From Octopus sinensis (taxonomy: Eukaryota), in contig NC_042999.1 in assembly GCF_006345805.1 (NCBI RefSeq), positions 88,598,001-88,662,000 of the forward strand: a stretch of DNA of 64,000 nucleotides, written 5' to 3'. Below, in pieces: positions 26,578 through 39,230 of the stretch (its first letter is position 1; each line of letters begins with the position of its first letter). The translations under genes were made by a program, and so were the position numbers. The notes under the pieces were generated by a model. The model was given only the letters and a program-made list of their open reading frames with translations. It made no database searches and was not told the origin of the DNA.

Positions 26578-26740
26578 AGCAGTCAGTTGATTATATAGAC
26601 TCTAGTATTTGACTGGTACTTTATTTTATTGACCTGGAAGAATGAAAGGCAAAGCTGACAACAGCTGAATTTGAAACTAGAATGTAAAGAGTCAGAAGAA
26701 ATACTGCAAGACATTTGTTAAAGCTCTAATGACACATCTA
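26578..26740 (-). mobile_element. SINE family C fragment
   Basis: CTGGTACTTTATTTTATTGACCTGGAAGAATGAAAGGCAAAGCTGAC...GAATTTGAAACTAGAATG. Confidence 0.7.
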
Positions 26741-27595
26741 ATTAATCCAATGTTTGGAACTATGTCTGAACAAATACAAAGATGTGGCTGCAAGTGTGTG
26801 TGTGTTTACATAAATAAATGCGCAACAAAATCTAGTCTGACTGAATCAATACTGAGATAAAAGCAATCAACTGAAAAGAATATATATATTAAAATAGCTG
26901 TCTATTTGTTTGTCATGCTTAATGTATATACCTTGTTGACAAGTAAGTTACTGCAGTTCTTGTCCAAGATCACATCTCTTATGGACATGCACTACATAAA
27001 TGCATTAGATATCATACACAGATGACTATTGTTATTTAATTCTGCTTCAGTTGTGCATACCAGATGATATGGCAAATTCTACAACTGAATGTAGATTTGA
27101 TGCTGTTGTAGATTAGTGTTGTTATATAGTCTTAGGCCAATCCTGATCAAGTAGGTGTACAATCACAATCAAAAATATTCCACCTGTGTCCATCGTGTCT
27201 TTTAAAAGGTATGGCTAGATCTACCATAACCAGGGTCCTTTCCTTTTTTTTAAACTGAAAGGGAGATGACTGCTATTTTTTGTAGGTCAAATGACAAAAA
27301 GGCTCCCTCATTGGCTCAAAAAATAATGTGTTGAGTAGAATAACCCTACAGATGAAAGTATATTAAATGATTACATCATCAAAACACTGTTTATAGATAC
27401 ATATTACCAAGAAATACTTTTTAAGCTGAATCTCAACTAATTATATTAATCTCTGATTTGTACTTCATTATAAAATCTTAATCTGTACTTTCTAGCTTAT
27501 CTTTGTTTTACATAAAAGTTTACTTTCTACATTATTTCTAGTATTAACAGTACTCTGTACTGTATACACTAACTCTTCTAGTTACATTATACTGT

Positions 27596-27920
27596 AATTA
27601 CCTCCACCTTAGCAAAGGTGGAGATATTGTTTTCAGTCAAGTTTGTTTGTTTGACCATGGACAATATATCTCAAGAACCACTGGATGGATTTGGATGAAA
27701 CTTTCAGAGATGTTTAGCCTCATGACTGGCACAAACTGATTAGATTTTGGGATCAATCTGGTACCAGACAAGGATTCTGGATTATTTGTTATACTTACTT
27801 TATTTTACATGAAGTATTATGATCTTACGTCCACTTTCAAGTCTTTCTCTGATTATCTCCCTTGAAAGCATGCTCGTGGTTTCCATGTAAGTTATGGCGA
27901 CATTGCTGCTTCCGAAATTT
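27596..27920 (+). mobile_element. Helentron-associated non-autonomous element (HINE/DINE-like)
   Basis: TTACCTCC start, perfect hairpin CTCCACCT-TAGCAA-AGGTGGAG (27602-27623), (GTTT)n, then AACCACTGGATGGATTTGGATGAAACTT. 3' end uncertain. Confidence 0.6.
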
Positions 27921-29069
27921 TAATTTTGTTTCTCTATTATTAATTTTACTCGTGTCCCTATCTTAATAGAAACTGATGGATAAAAAAAATCAAACTACAT
28001 AAACAAACAACAGCAAAACTGTTCAGAAATTAAATAGCACTAACATATTCAGTAACAATAATAAATTTAATTTATCCTCGACAATATTTAATTTTACCAA
28101 TTTTGAATATATTGCTCAGGATTTAACCCTCTTACTGACTTGACAACTGCATTTCTAGCTCTGCCTTGAAGGAAGTTTTATTTCTTGGACTCACATTTTT
28201 GCATGCAACAATGTTGTTAAACCTCTGTTAACAGCTCCATATGCAGTTTCTTTCTAGATAAATTTTCCACTATATACTTTAATGGTCATAAAAACACTAT
28301 ATCAGAGGAGAGACTAAAAATGGCCTTCACAAAGAAAACTGTCCCTGTTCCCACTGCAGACAACAAACACACACACAGCATTACAAACACAGCCCCCACA
28401 CCCACCTTCACATTCCATGACTACCACAGGAATTGATCAGGTACCGGTCAAGGATTCTGCATTATTTTTGTGCTGTTTGTTTTTACTTAATTTTTGAGAG
28501 CAGTCAGGTTCATTTTAGTATTTTCGTTTGTGAGAGCAGTCAAGTTTATTTCAGATATTCTCATTTTAAAAATCATCTCCAGCTAATCGTTGAGAGGATG
28601 TTGGTGTTGCCTTGGCAGAGATTTGGGCTCTTTGAGTGCTCTTGTTTAGTTTATTTTGACTGTATTTTATTCTGTACATTCTACCCTTTTTCATTTTGTT
28701 TTATGCCTGTTTTTCTATGATAGCATAGGTTAGGTGAATATACTTTTGTGGCATTGATTGTTTACCAGCTGGGTGTTCTTCCTGTTGCTAACCCTTCCCT
28801 GTTTTTCAAGTAAGAGATGGATTTGACGTACCTTTAAAAAAGCAGAGCCACTGGCTAGCCATTGACAGGAGAAATGACAGCAACATCACTGCCCATTCCT
28901 GAGTGATTTCTAGAGATGCAACCAATGTAAACAAGCACATGAACATATGCATGTACTCACATAGTCACACTAACATACATTCACATATAAACTGGCTCCT
29001 TTCAGTTTTCAGCTACCAGATCCAATCACAGAGTCTAACCCAGGGGGACGAATTTCAATGCACAATACC

Positions 29070-29490
29070 ACATGTCCAGGGTTGATGCTCATGGAAGGCC
29101 TTCCAGATTGTTTATCATCTTCCAAGTACATTCCTCCACTTTTGAAGCATCCATGCCACTTGAAACATTGCATACGACCCATCATCCCATCGTCATAAGC
29201 TTGCCAAAGCATGCTTAATGTCTTTGTAGTAGACTTGCCAAGTTTGACGCGAAATTTCATGTTGACTCTTTGTTCTTATCCATGACAAAATAGCAGACTA
29301 CAGCATATTCATGATCACAGAAACACAAATTTCACAACTTGTGAAGTAAACACAGCGATACCACTCAGTACACTCAGTACACTGCCTCATAAAGGTCACT
29401 GATAGCTCTTACTGTGCACACAACTGTGTTCTGCTACCTGTTGGTGCGCTATAAAACTGGTGCAAAAATGTTTGATACCATCTCATACTT
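29070..29490 (-). mobile_element. Mariner 5' fragment
   Basis: ORF 29009-29260: KFRVKLGKSTTKTLSMLWQAY...CFKWHGCFKSG..YLEDDKQSGRPS (mariner HTH). Confidence 0.8.
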
Positions 29491-29609
29491 GACACACCAC
29501 CACTTGAGCTTAGTTACTGAACCAACTTTTGGTCAAACTCAAGCACATATTCTTAGTGCTTTGTATATGCCCCATTAGTTACCAGTTAAAATTTATCATT
29601 ATATTCCAA

Positions 29610-29770
29610 TTTATAGTGCTTAGCAGTATTTCTTCTGGCCTTATGGTCTGAGTTCAAAAGCCTATGAGGTAGACTTTGCTTTTCATCCTTTCAGGAATGA
29701 TAGAATAAGTATCAGCTGAGCCCTGGAATCAAAATAATCAACTGATCCTCTTCCCCAACATTTCTATAGT
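29610..29770 (+). mobile_element. SINE family C
   Basis: GTGCTTAGCAGTATTTC...GAGTTCAAA...CTTTTCATCCTTTCAGGAATGATAGAATAAGTATCAG. Confidence 0.7.
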
Positions 29771-29884
29771 AATTTGTAATGATTGTAGCTAACAAGCAAC
29801 TTAACATAACATTTGTTTTTTAACTATTTAAATAAGAGAGAAAACATTTGTTTTTTAACTATTTAAATAAGAGAGAAAAAGTAA

Positions 29885-30950
29885 TATCATCATCATCATC
29901 ATTTAACATCTGCTTTCCATGTTGGTATGGGTTGGATGGTTTGACTGAGGACTGGCAAGGCAGGAGGCTGCACTAGGCTCCAATCTGTTTTGGTAAGGTT
30001 TATACAGCTGGATGCCCTTAACACCAACCACTCCAAGAAGTTAGTATTACAGATCACAAGATCATTTGCATCACAAAACTCCAGCAGCCTGGTTCCGTCC
30101 TCATTGCGGGAACCAAAACTTTAGCCACCATATCCACAATGGAAGCTCCCTGAATGTTGTCCACAATACCCATTGAAGCCATCAGCCACAAAGAGAAGGT
30201 CCTTGTCATTCGTCTGCAGGAGGGTGTCATAAAATCGGTCTTTCTGTTCACTAGGTAGCCCTTGCTGAGAGGTATAAGCCAAGATAATGGTTGCTAATCC
30301 ATGTTGCAGCACAAGTCTAAGCTTAAGTATTCTATCACAGACTCTGACTACCTCGATTACCTTATCAACCCATTTCTCTCATTACTCACGTCCCCAACCC
30401 CATCAGTGTTTCCTACCCAGGAAATCTTATACCTATGTTCTTTACCTGTGAGGAACCTAACAGAACTTCCTCTCCACCTTACTTTTTAGATGCAGCACAA
30501 ATCTACACATCTCTGTTCTAGCATCTTAATCTCACTAGACCTACCTTACAATGTGCCAACTCTGAGGGTGTGGAGAGTGTGGGCCAGGTGAGACCCTGGG
30601 ATGGGGGACAGCAGCATTATGCATCTAAAAAGAAAGCTCATTTGGCAGATCTCATAAACATACAATAGCCTTCAACCTGCATTCACTACTCCACCATTTT
30701 ATTCACTACATAATCGTTACATTCACTAGGCAGGGATGGAGGAGGGAAAGCATTCCTTATAGAGGTGCTCGGGAGAAAGACATCTCGTAGAGGTCAGAGA
30801 ATAAAGACTTCCGTTATAGGTGGTGGGGGCCGGACAGGAGGGAGTGCCATAAACGGCAAAGCACTGTGGCTGCCCTATTTCCAAGCAGAAGCTGATGTGG
30901 CATAACTACAGACAAATAATATGAGCTACTAATCAACAGTTAACATGGGA
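29885..30950 (-). mobile_element. Internally deleted RTE (putative 5'UTR, APE endonuclease piece, 3' tail)
   Basis: Tail 29885-30050; ORF 30121-30312 ILAYTSQQGLPSEQKDRFYDTLLQ...LFVADGFNGYCGQH (APE YAPQ / GDFNGHVG pattern); GC-richer leader to about 30950. Confidence 0.7.
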
Positions 30951-31831
30951 AAAACAAGTGGTTAATAAAACTGCTTCCAGTTACAGCCCCCTTTATCCTT
31001 AGTGCTTACATAATGCATTACCCCTCTATCCCTAGTGTCTACATAAAGGTTCACCCAACAACCCTGACAAGGGGAGATATTTCCCATACTAAGAAGTACA
31101 CTAAAATATTTTATTTTTTGAATGAACAAAACAAACATGTACACAGTATTACAACAGTATGAAGTAGTTTCAATTCTTTCTTTGACCCATTCCATTTACC
31201 TAAAAGCCCTAATAGCTTAAATAAGTCTAATTCAATAAAACTTGAAAGAATTCATTATAATAATGATTCAGGTATTATACTCCTGACCATTTTAAAATTA
31301 TTAATTACTCTATTTTGTTTTAACCTATTTCCTATTTTAAATGATATTGCTAATGAAACGCTTGCTGTTAGAATATCTTTTTTTATCAAATCAATTTATT
31401 TCTATAAATATTCCAGTATCTGCCCTGGTGTCAGAGACTTGATTTTCAGATTAATAGTTCCAGACAATATTCCACAAATATTCATTACAAACATCTCTGC
31501 AATCCAAATCTTAGGATCAATTAATTGTGACAGCAACTGTGACTATTTTGGGACTAAATGTTTTCTTTTAAAAATCAATGATGACAATAATCTGGAGATA
31601 TGCCTTTAATATATATATGTATGCGTGTGTATTTTATTCTGTGTATCTATGAGCATTTATGTGTGTGTGTGGCAAAGAGATTTTGATGCTAAGGTATAAG
31701 ATTACAGATTCACATGAGAAGGAGGTTTGATTTATAGTATAGTAAATGTTATTTTGCAGCCAAGAAGAGAAGAAAGAAAAGTTTATTCTCTGAAATGGGA
31801 AGATACACAATAAAAAATGCACATAGTTCTA

Positions 31832-31893
<62 letters not shown>

Positions 31894-32509
31894 AACATTT
31901 ATATAACCAAGTTGAAAAGCAAACTGCAGAGATATAATTAAGATATATTCCATTTCAGAATGGAGACCTTCCCTGTAGTTAATTAAAATTAATTAGTGAA
32001 GAAATCCATCATTAAACTGTTACAAAAATTACCATACATTTTGAGTAGGATAGATAATTAAGAAAGGTAGATAATTAAGATTTCCATAATATGGCCAACT
32101 ATTCTGTAGGTTTATAACTGTTAAACAAATGTTATAACTATCACAGAATTTAGTCATCTTTTTCATTGTTGGTGGTGGTGGTGTTGTCCCCAAACCAATT
32201 ATTATTCAACAAACCTATTATCAAAAGTATTCCAGCCATGACCATCCATTATCTTATATATATATATATGTATGCTTGTATATATATATATATGTATGTA
32301 TATAGCAGTAACTGCATTGTCCAGAGTGATTTGGTATGATTTAGAATGGTGGTGGAAAATTGGTTATTCTAACTAATAGTCCCAGTGACTATGTTGTGGT
32401 TCGCTAATTAATCTATTACTGTCTTTGTATTTGGATGGGGTGTAATCTGAAACATATTAGCGAAAATATGTCTGAAATAATTTGATAGTGCTATGTATTT
32501 GCTTGTTAT

Positions 32510-32640
32510 TGGAAATTTCACATATAGATGAGATGCATGCATGGATGGGCAGTCAAGAAGTTCATTTTCCAACCAAATGGCTTTGAGTTCAGTCCCACAG
32601 CATAATACCTTGGGTAGGTCTTCTGTTATAGTCCCAGACA
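32510..32640 (+). mobile_element. SINE family A head
   Basis: TGGGCAGTCAAGAAGTTC...GAGTTCAGTCCCACAGCATAATACCTTGGG. Confidence 0.6.
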
Positions 32641-32649
32641 GTCCACCAT

Positions 32650-34050
32650 ATATACTTACATTTATCAGCGTGAAAGGTAGATTGTATGATGCTTGTGTAT
32701 GAACAGCTATACTCCATGGTAGTGAGACATGGGCTCTGTATGCAAAGGGCATGTATAGACTAGAGAGAAATGAAGGCAGTATGTTCCCCTGGATGTGCAT
32801 AAATGAATAAGAGCAAATGTGTTGAGAGAAAAGTTGGGCATAAGAGGAATTAAATGTAGCATGCAAGAAAGGAGACTATGTTGGTTAGGACATGTGATGT
32901 GCACGAGGGAAGACAGCTGTATACAGCTGTCACCAAAAGTAAATGGTACCTGTGGAAGAGGAAGACCCAGGAAGACACGAGAGAAGTGGTGAGAACTGAT
33001 TTCAAGGTGTTGGGGCTCACAGAGGAAATGATAATAGACCAAAATGGCTGTGGATGAGTTTCTAGAGAAAACCCACCCACATCAGTGAACCTGAGTTCTA
33101 GAAGTGTGTGTTCCACCCACATGTAACAAAATTTCCATACACCCTACTTCCAACAAACTAACTTACATTCTCCTTTCCCAAACTGTTTCGCTTCTCTTCC
33201 TCACATTTCCCCTTCATACACTATGATTATCTCCCACTTGCCAATCTAGTCCTCACTACCCTGCCACTTGTATCATTGCTTCCCCACTTCCCACCCCTCC
33301 ACCCACATTCTCACCGGTCATGGCATTCCCCACCCCCACTCCCAACTTGTGACTTCTTGGCAAAACTCTGCCAGCACCTGCCACCTTTCATCTCTCTCTT
33401 CCTTACTCTACCATCCTATCTATGCCTTGATCTCTGTTCAGTGTGAGTATATCCTGGTACTTACTGCCATCCCTATTCTGCTCTCTCTCTTTTCCTTGCT
33501 CTTCCCTCTGGTTGAGTAATCATGTATCTCTCTACAGCAACAAACCTGTTTTTGCCCTCATTCTTGGTCACATTTCCTTCTTTCTCTTGCTTTTACCTCT
33601 GGCTAGGCAGCCATGTATCTCTTTTACAAGTGCACACCTCTTTCTTGTTAACTCCCCCACTCTCTCTCTTTAGGAAAGCATGTCCCTCCTCTTCAGCAGT
33701 ACACCTGTATCTGCCCTCATTTTTGTTAACTCTTGCACTCTTTCTTTCCCTCTCTTCCTCTACCTCTCAATCTCTCTCTCTCTCTCTCCTGGTCTCTGGC
33801 TGGGTAACCATGTCCTCTGCAGCAAGACACCTGTTTCTGTCTCCCTGTCAAACTAACTTTTCATTATCTGACACAAGATCACCTCCTCCTTGTAAAGTTA
33901 CTTGGTGACCCTACCAACGCAGGTGCCACTTAAGAAGCACCCAGTCCACTCTGTAAAGTGGTTGGCATTTGGAAGAGCATCCAGTTGTAAAAACAATGCC
34001 AAAACTGACCTCGCTTGAGCGAGTGCCATGCAAAAAGCATTCAGCCGACT
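32650..34050 (+). mobile_element. 5'-truncated RTE with long pyrimidine-rich 3'UTR
   Basis: SETWAL, RRLCWLGHVM, GTCGRGRPRKT motifs at 32.7-33.1 kb; UTR with about 91-bp subrepeats; tail AAGCACCCAGTCCACTCTGTAAAGTGGTTGGC. Confidence 0.8.
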
Positions 34051-34169
34051 GTTTCCAACGTTTCCTGTTTCTGAAGAAGAGCTATGCCTGAAATGTAAAA
34101 CAACCACTCTTTCTTTCCTTCTCTTTCCTTCTACTTTGCATGTAGCAAGTCCTCGCGTTGTTGATTTCT

Positions 34170-34510
34170 CTGGTGTGGCTGTGTGGTAAGTAGCTTGCTT
34201 ACCAAGCACATGGTCCCAAGTTCAGTCCCTCTGTGTGGCACCTTCTACTATAGCCTTAGGCTGACCAAAGCCTTGTGAGTGGATTTTGTAGATATGTGTG
34301 TGTGTGTGTGTGTCTGCTTGTTCCCCCACCATTTGACAACTGATGTTGGTGTGTTTAGGTCCCTGTAACTTAGAAGTTCGGCAAAAGTGACTGATGGAAT
34401 AGATACAAGGCTTGCAAAGAATAAGTCCTGGGGTCGATTTGTTCGACTAAAAAGCAGTGCTCCAGCATGGCTGCAGTCAAATTACTCAAACAAGTAAAAG
34501 AACAAAGTAA
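34170..34510 (+). mobile_element. SINE family A
   Basis: GGTGTGGCTGTGTGGTAAGTAGC head to AAACAAGTAAAAGAACAAAG tail. Confidence 0.85.
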
Positions 34511-34569
34511 TAAAAGAATATGAAATGAGAAATAATGAAAGCTTCTGATGGACCTGCTCACTATTACGT

Positions 34570-35980
34570 ACTTAGACTTGCTGAAGTGCAGGACACTCAG
34601 TACCTACCACTCATGCATCTTCTTCACCTGGTATGTGGATGACATCCTCATGCTTAATGCATCTCAAGAAGACACTTCCACAATATTGGAAACATTCAGT
34701 AAAATGGACTAACACATCAAACACCCGAATGGTGAAGGTTCCCTCTCCTCGCTTGGCTTTCAGTTAAACATCTGGACAAGGGAAGAACTGAGCTGGTGTT
34801 CTAGCAAAATTCAGCCTAGGTACCGCTTCATCCATTACAAATTGGCCTACCTTATCAGAATTAAGACTAGCTACATACATAATGAAATTGCCTGGATACA
34901 CAAGAGATGCAGTGACAAAACCAGCTAGGGTGCACAGATTGTGCAATCCCTAAAGGTACTTGGGACCAACGGATACCCAGTATCCATCATTAACTCCATA
35001 CTTGGACACAAACCAGATAAATGTGGCTGGAGGAATCTCTCTATAATCTGTTTCCTGAAAATTTCCCACTTTAATGAGAAGACAACCTCTGCCATCTATA
35101 AGGCTATCCACAGAGAAGGCCTTGATATCCTACTGGCTCATTCAGGACTTTCCTTATGTAAACACCTGTCTACAAGGTGGCCACTTGCAGAACAGCAGCT
35201 GGAAAATTGGCAAACTACCTATTTGCAGTACAAACATGTGCCTTACATATCTACTTAGTGTAACAGATGCAACTTTTACATGGTTTGACCATTTCATGTC
35301 CAACTGAAGGAGAACCTAATTACCAACCCATCTTCCTTCCACAAAACAACTAAATGTGACAACATCACCAAAGAGTTAGACACCTCTCACTTCTATACTG
35401 GCTTCAAAGAGGAACATAGGAAATCTCTGTATCAAAGAAACTTTATTGATCCACTGCCTTAACCAGAAAAATCAATAATTGATTGGAATTGGATCACTGG
35501 CTCCTTTGGATACATCACTCCCTACATTATTACATGTATATATTAAGATGTTATTGGTGGTAACATCTTAATATATACCACCAATACCATCACCAACAAC
35601 TACAACACCAACATGCGGCCAGTCTTAACTACCATCTCCAAAGTGACCTCTATGACACTGACTACTCCAAGCGAGGAGAGAGAACCTTCACCATTTGGAT
35701 GTTTGATGTGTTGGCTCATTGCTGCTACTAACTCTTACACCAAGATGTGTGGAGTTGCTGCTGCTAACTCCTACACCAACTCAACCTCTAGACTATCCAA
35801 AATGGCAGGATCTATGCAAATACATATTTATTTGATGGTATTCTTGTGAAGAAACATCTTTATATCTGAAATGTAATGGTTTTTCAAACTTTGTGCATTG
35901 TAAGATTTTCTTGTTTCTCATTTCATTCATTTTTCTAATTCTGTACTAATTACTTCAAGTGAACTACACTTTTCTTTCAT
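34570..35980 (+). mobile_element. Decayed Penelope-like element (RT, GIY-YIG, terminal repeat)
   Basis: FFTWYVDDIL at 34620-34650, FIHYK, LGTNGYPVSII, VPYIST*CNRCNFY; many stops. Confidence 0.75.
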
Positions 35981-35989
35981 ATATATATA

Positions 35990-37198
35990 TTGGGTCATCC
36001 CATAAATAATGTGATTTTTTCAATTGCATGAACTAAAAGTGAGAGGGGATGGAATAAACTACCTGCATCAACTCACTATAAAAGCAGGTAGTAATATTAC
36101 CTTGTACTTATTCTAAGGGCAAGTTTTGAAAAGTACAATTCGATTTTAACAGTTATTTTTTTAAAGCTATAATGGAAGTGACATAGGAGCATATTCGGCG
36201 TATTTTGCTTTATGAGTTCAATAAAGGCAACAATGCAATGGAAAGGGCAAGGAATATTAATACAGTATATAGGGATTGGACAATAAACATAAGCCAATGT
36301 CAAAAAAGAGTTCCAGAAATTCTGAGCTGGAAGCTACTTCCCTTAAGATGAGCCTTGTCCTGGAAGATCTGTAGAGCTTGATGAGAACGTCCTGCAAAGC
36401 TTGGTGGAACAAAATCTCATCTTAACTGTTGAGGAACTATTAGAGAAGCTTGGATTTGGTCATTCAACCATTCATCAACACCTGCATGCCATTAGAAAAG
36501 TCAACCAATTGGATCAATAGATTCCCCACAAACTTTCCAAGACTAATCGCTGTAACATTGCATGAATGAACCTTTTTTGGACCAAATAGTGACTGGTGAC
36601 GAGAAATGGATTCCCTGCAAAAATGTCAAGCACCAAAGACTGAGCACCTTAAGCTAAAGAAGGTCTTCACCCATGTAAGGTGTTGCTATCTGTTTGGTGG
36701 GATATGAAAGGTTTAGTCCACTTTGAACTTTTAAACCGAAACCAAACAATAACAAAGGAGATCTTCTGAAAGTAGTTTGAGTGGCTTAAGTCAGTCCTAG
36801 AAGAAAAACAACTTTCTTTGGTTTCAAGATGAAATATGTTCTTCCATCAGGATAGTGCTCAGTTACATACTGGAGCAGTTTAAATGGGAAACAATGCCTC
36901 ACTTGCCATATTTGCTGGACACTGCCCATCAAAGTATCATTTATTCCTCAGTCTTCAAAATCATTTGGAAGGAAAAAATATGACTTCTGTAGACGAGGTC
37001 AGAACAGTATTAGAGGAGTATTTTTCGTCACATACAAGTGAATTTTTGAAGAGGGGCCTTGCAGGTCTACCAGATAGATGGAAGAGCATTGTACAAAATG
37101 AAGGAGAGTATATTTTAAATTAAAAAAGAACATTGTTTATCATAATTTTGAAAAATAAAATAATTATGAAAAAAAACATTATTTATGGGATGACACAA
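35990..37198 (+). mobile_element. Full-length inactive mariner, 1209 bp
   Basis: TIRs TTGGGTCATCCCATAAATAATG / CATTATTTATGGGATGACACAA, TA on both sides. Confidence 0.92.
36172..37123 (+). pseudogene. Mariner transposase pseudogene
   Basis: MEVT*EHIRRILLYEFNKG, DQIVTGDEKWI, FFHQDSA, CPSKYHLF..LQNHL, GLAGLPDRWKSIVQNEGEYILN*. Confidence 0.9.
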
Positions 37199-37209
37199 TA
37201 TGCATAAAT

Positions 37210-37252
<43 letters not shown>

Positions 37253-37257
<5 letters not shown>

Positions 37258-37619
37258 AAATCCATTCTCTCTGTCTGTGTGTGTCTTCTAGGATCTTGGG
37301 TATCCTCCATCTGATTGCACTTAAATTTGATATGTAGATACTGACGGTATCAGGGCGTGTATAAGTCTTGAAAAAATTACAAAAATCGATTCCAGGTGAG
37401 AATGCGATCAATAAAGCCGTGGGAATGTGCATTTGTAAAATCGTTTTTCTCGGAATAGAAAAAAAGTCTATTTCTTTTGCTGGTGTCTCAAATTTAGGTT
37501 AAATCGGTGTTTCTCAAAGGGGAGGCCTATGAGAAGGTCGGACAAGTTGTTTTGAGAAAATTTGGTTTAAATGTTTGACAACTCAGCACCGTCCATTGGA
37601 CGGAGGGCGTTTTGCTCGT
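37253..37619 (+). mobile_element. Helitron-like non-autonomous element
   Basis: Starts after (TA)n with CTCTCTGTCTGTGTGTGTC; perfect subterminal hairpin CCGTCC-ATT-GGACGG (37589-37603); ends GCTCGT before (AT)n. Confidence 0.5.
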
Positions 37620-37625
37620 ATATAT

Positions 37626-37656
<31 letters not shown>

Positions 37657-37674
37657 TGATGTGTGTGAGTGTGT

Positions 37675-37860
37675 ATAGCTCAAACTTACAGCAAACAAAA
37701 GATGAAGGCAGGTGAAGGAATAACAAACAGGTGTATTAGTTTAAAGCTCAGGAAGAAAAAAAAAAGTCTTAGACATTTTGACAGAAAGGATTGAGAGAGA
37801 AAAAACAGAAAGAGAACAAAAAAAAAATGGAGAGAGAAAAAAGTAAGGATTAATGGTTCA
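37675..37860 (-). mobile_element. Penelope-type terminal-repeat fragment
   Basis: ACAAACAGGTGTATTAGTTTAAAGCTCAGGAAG shared with the 870 and 7496 copies; hammerhead region deleted. Confidence 0.5.
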
Positions 37861-38074
37861 ACATGATGAAAATATATAAATATAATGATATGTATTAATT
37901 GTTTGAAGTGATGTATAAATCATATATGCCATTATGGAAAGCAGGCATTAAATGATGAACAAAGGTAATTAGGATCTGGATAAAAACTATTTATTTAGCA
38001 CTTTCATCCTTTTCAGGGGTTCATCATGAATGATTTCTTGTAGAAAATTCATACCTTTATACATGTATGTATAT

Positions 38075-38450
38075 ATTCTTTTATCTGTTTCAGTCATTTT
38101 GACTGTGGCCATGCTGGAGCACTGCCTTTATTCGAACAAATTGACTCCAGGACTTTTTCTCTGTAAGCCTAGTAATTATTATATCAGTCTCTTTTGCCAA
38201 ACTGCTAAGTTTACAGGGATGTAAACACACCAACATCGGTTGTCAAACAATGGTGGTGGGGGACAAACTCAGACACACAAACACACACACATGATAGGCT
38301 TCTTTCAGTTTCTGTCTACCAAATCCACTCATAAGGCTTTGGCCGACCTGAGGCTATAGAAGACACTTGTCCAAAGTGCCACGCAATGAGACTGAACCTA
38401 GAACCATGTGGTTGGTAAGCAAGCTACTTACCACACAGTCACTCCTGCGC
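38075..38450 (-). mobile_element. SINE family A, near full length
   Basis: TTCTTTTATCTGTTTCAG tail to CTACTTACCACACAGTCACTCC head. Confidence 0.85.
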
Positions 38451-38463
38451 CTATATATGTGTT

Positions 38464-38499
<36 letters not shown>

Positions 38500-38515
<16 letters not shown>

Positions 38516-39230
38516 GTTTTGCTATAGAGGAGATGCATGCCTACCAGATATATTATAATGGTGAGAGTAACTGGGAAGAAGATAAAGATGATAGTGACAA
38601 GGCACCAGAGCAAACTCACAAGGTAGATGAAGGTGAATAGAAGAGAGGATACAAATAGTGGATAAGCGTTGGTGGGGAGGTTTGTGATTTCATAAGAATG
38701 TGACCAGATGGTTAGAGGAGGAGAAAGAAGGAGAGATCAGAAAGTTTGGGGATGATATGCAAAGTGTAAGAGTGATAGGGAGGGAGAAGCAGAAGTACAT
38801 AAGAGATGCTGTAATGAGTGAGGTATGATGGCAGGTGTGAAACAGTATAGAGCATGACAGTATAGAGATATAAGACGTGTTATAGATGAAGTATGGCAAA
38901 GGTGAAGGAGAGATAGATGTGGACACAGGAGATGATTGGTAAAAACAGTGTGGGAAGGGATGATAATGAGAATGAGGGCTGGATGTTAAAAGGAAGTGGT
39001 TTCAGGTGGTGGTGGTGGAGGAGGAGGAGGGAGTTAACTAGTTGTAAAAAGAATGGGGGCTTGAAATATGAGCTAATTCTGCTCTCAAGTGATTACAGCA
39101 GGCTAGCAGCACCACAGATAGAAGATTGATGGAGGGATGGGTGTTAATGGGATGAGATGTGGAGAATGCTTAATGGGGTAGAATGAATGCAGGTACAGGG
39201 GAAGCCTACATGTACATATGCTTGATAATG
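38500..39230 (-). mobile_element. RTE 3'UTR relic
   Basis: Purine-rich block resembling the reverse complement of 33100-33900; old and diverged. Confidence 0.5.

Noticed and set aside
33522-33908. 128-aa hydrophobic ORF (possible membrane protein)
   Set aside because: Translation of the pyrimidine-rich RTE UTR subrepeats.
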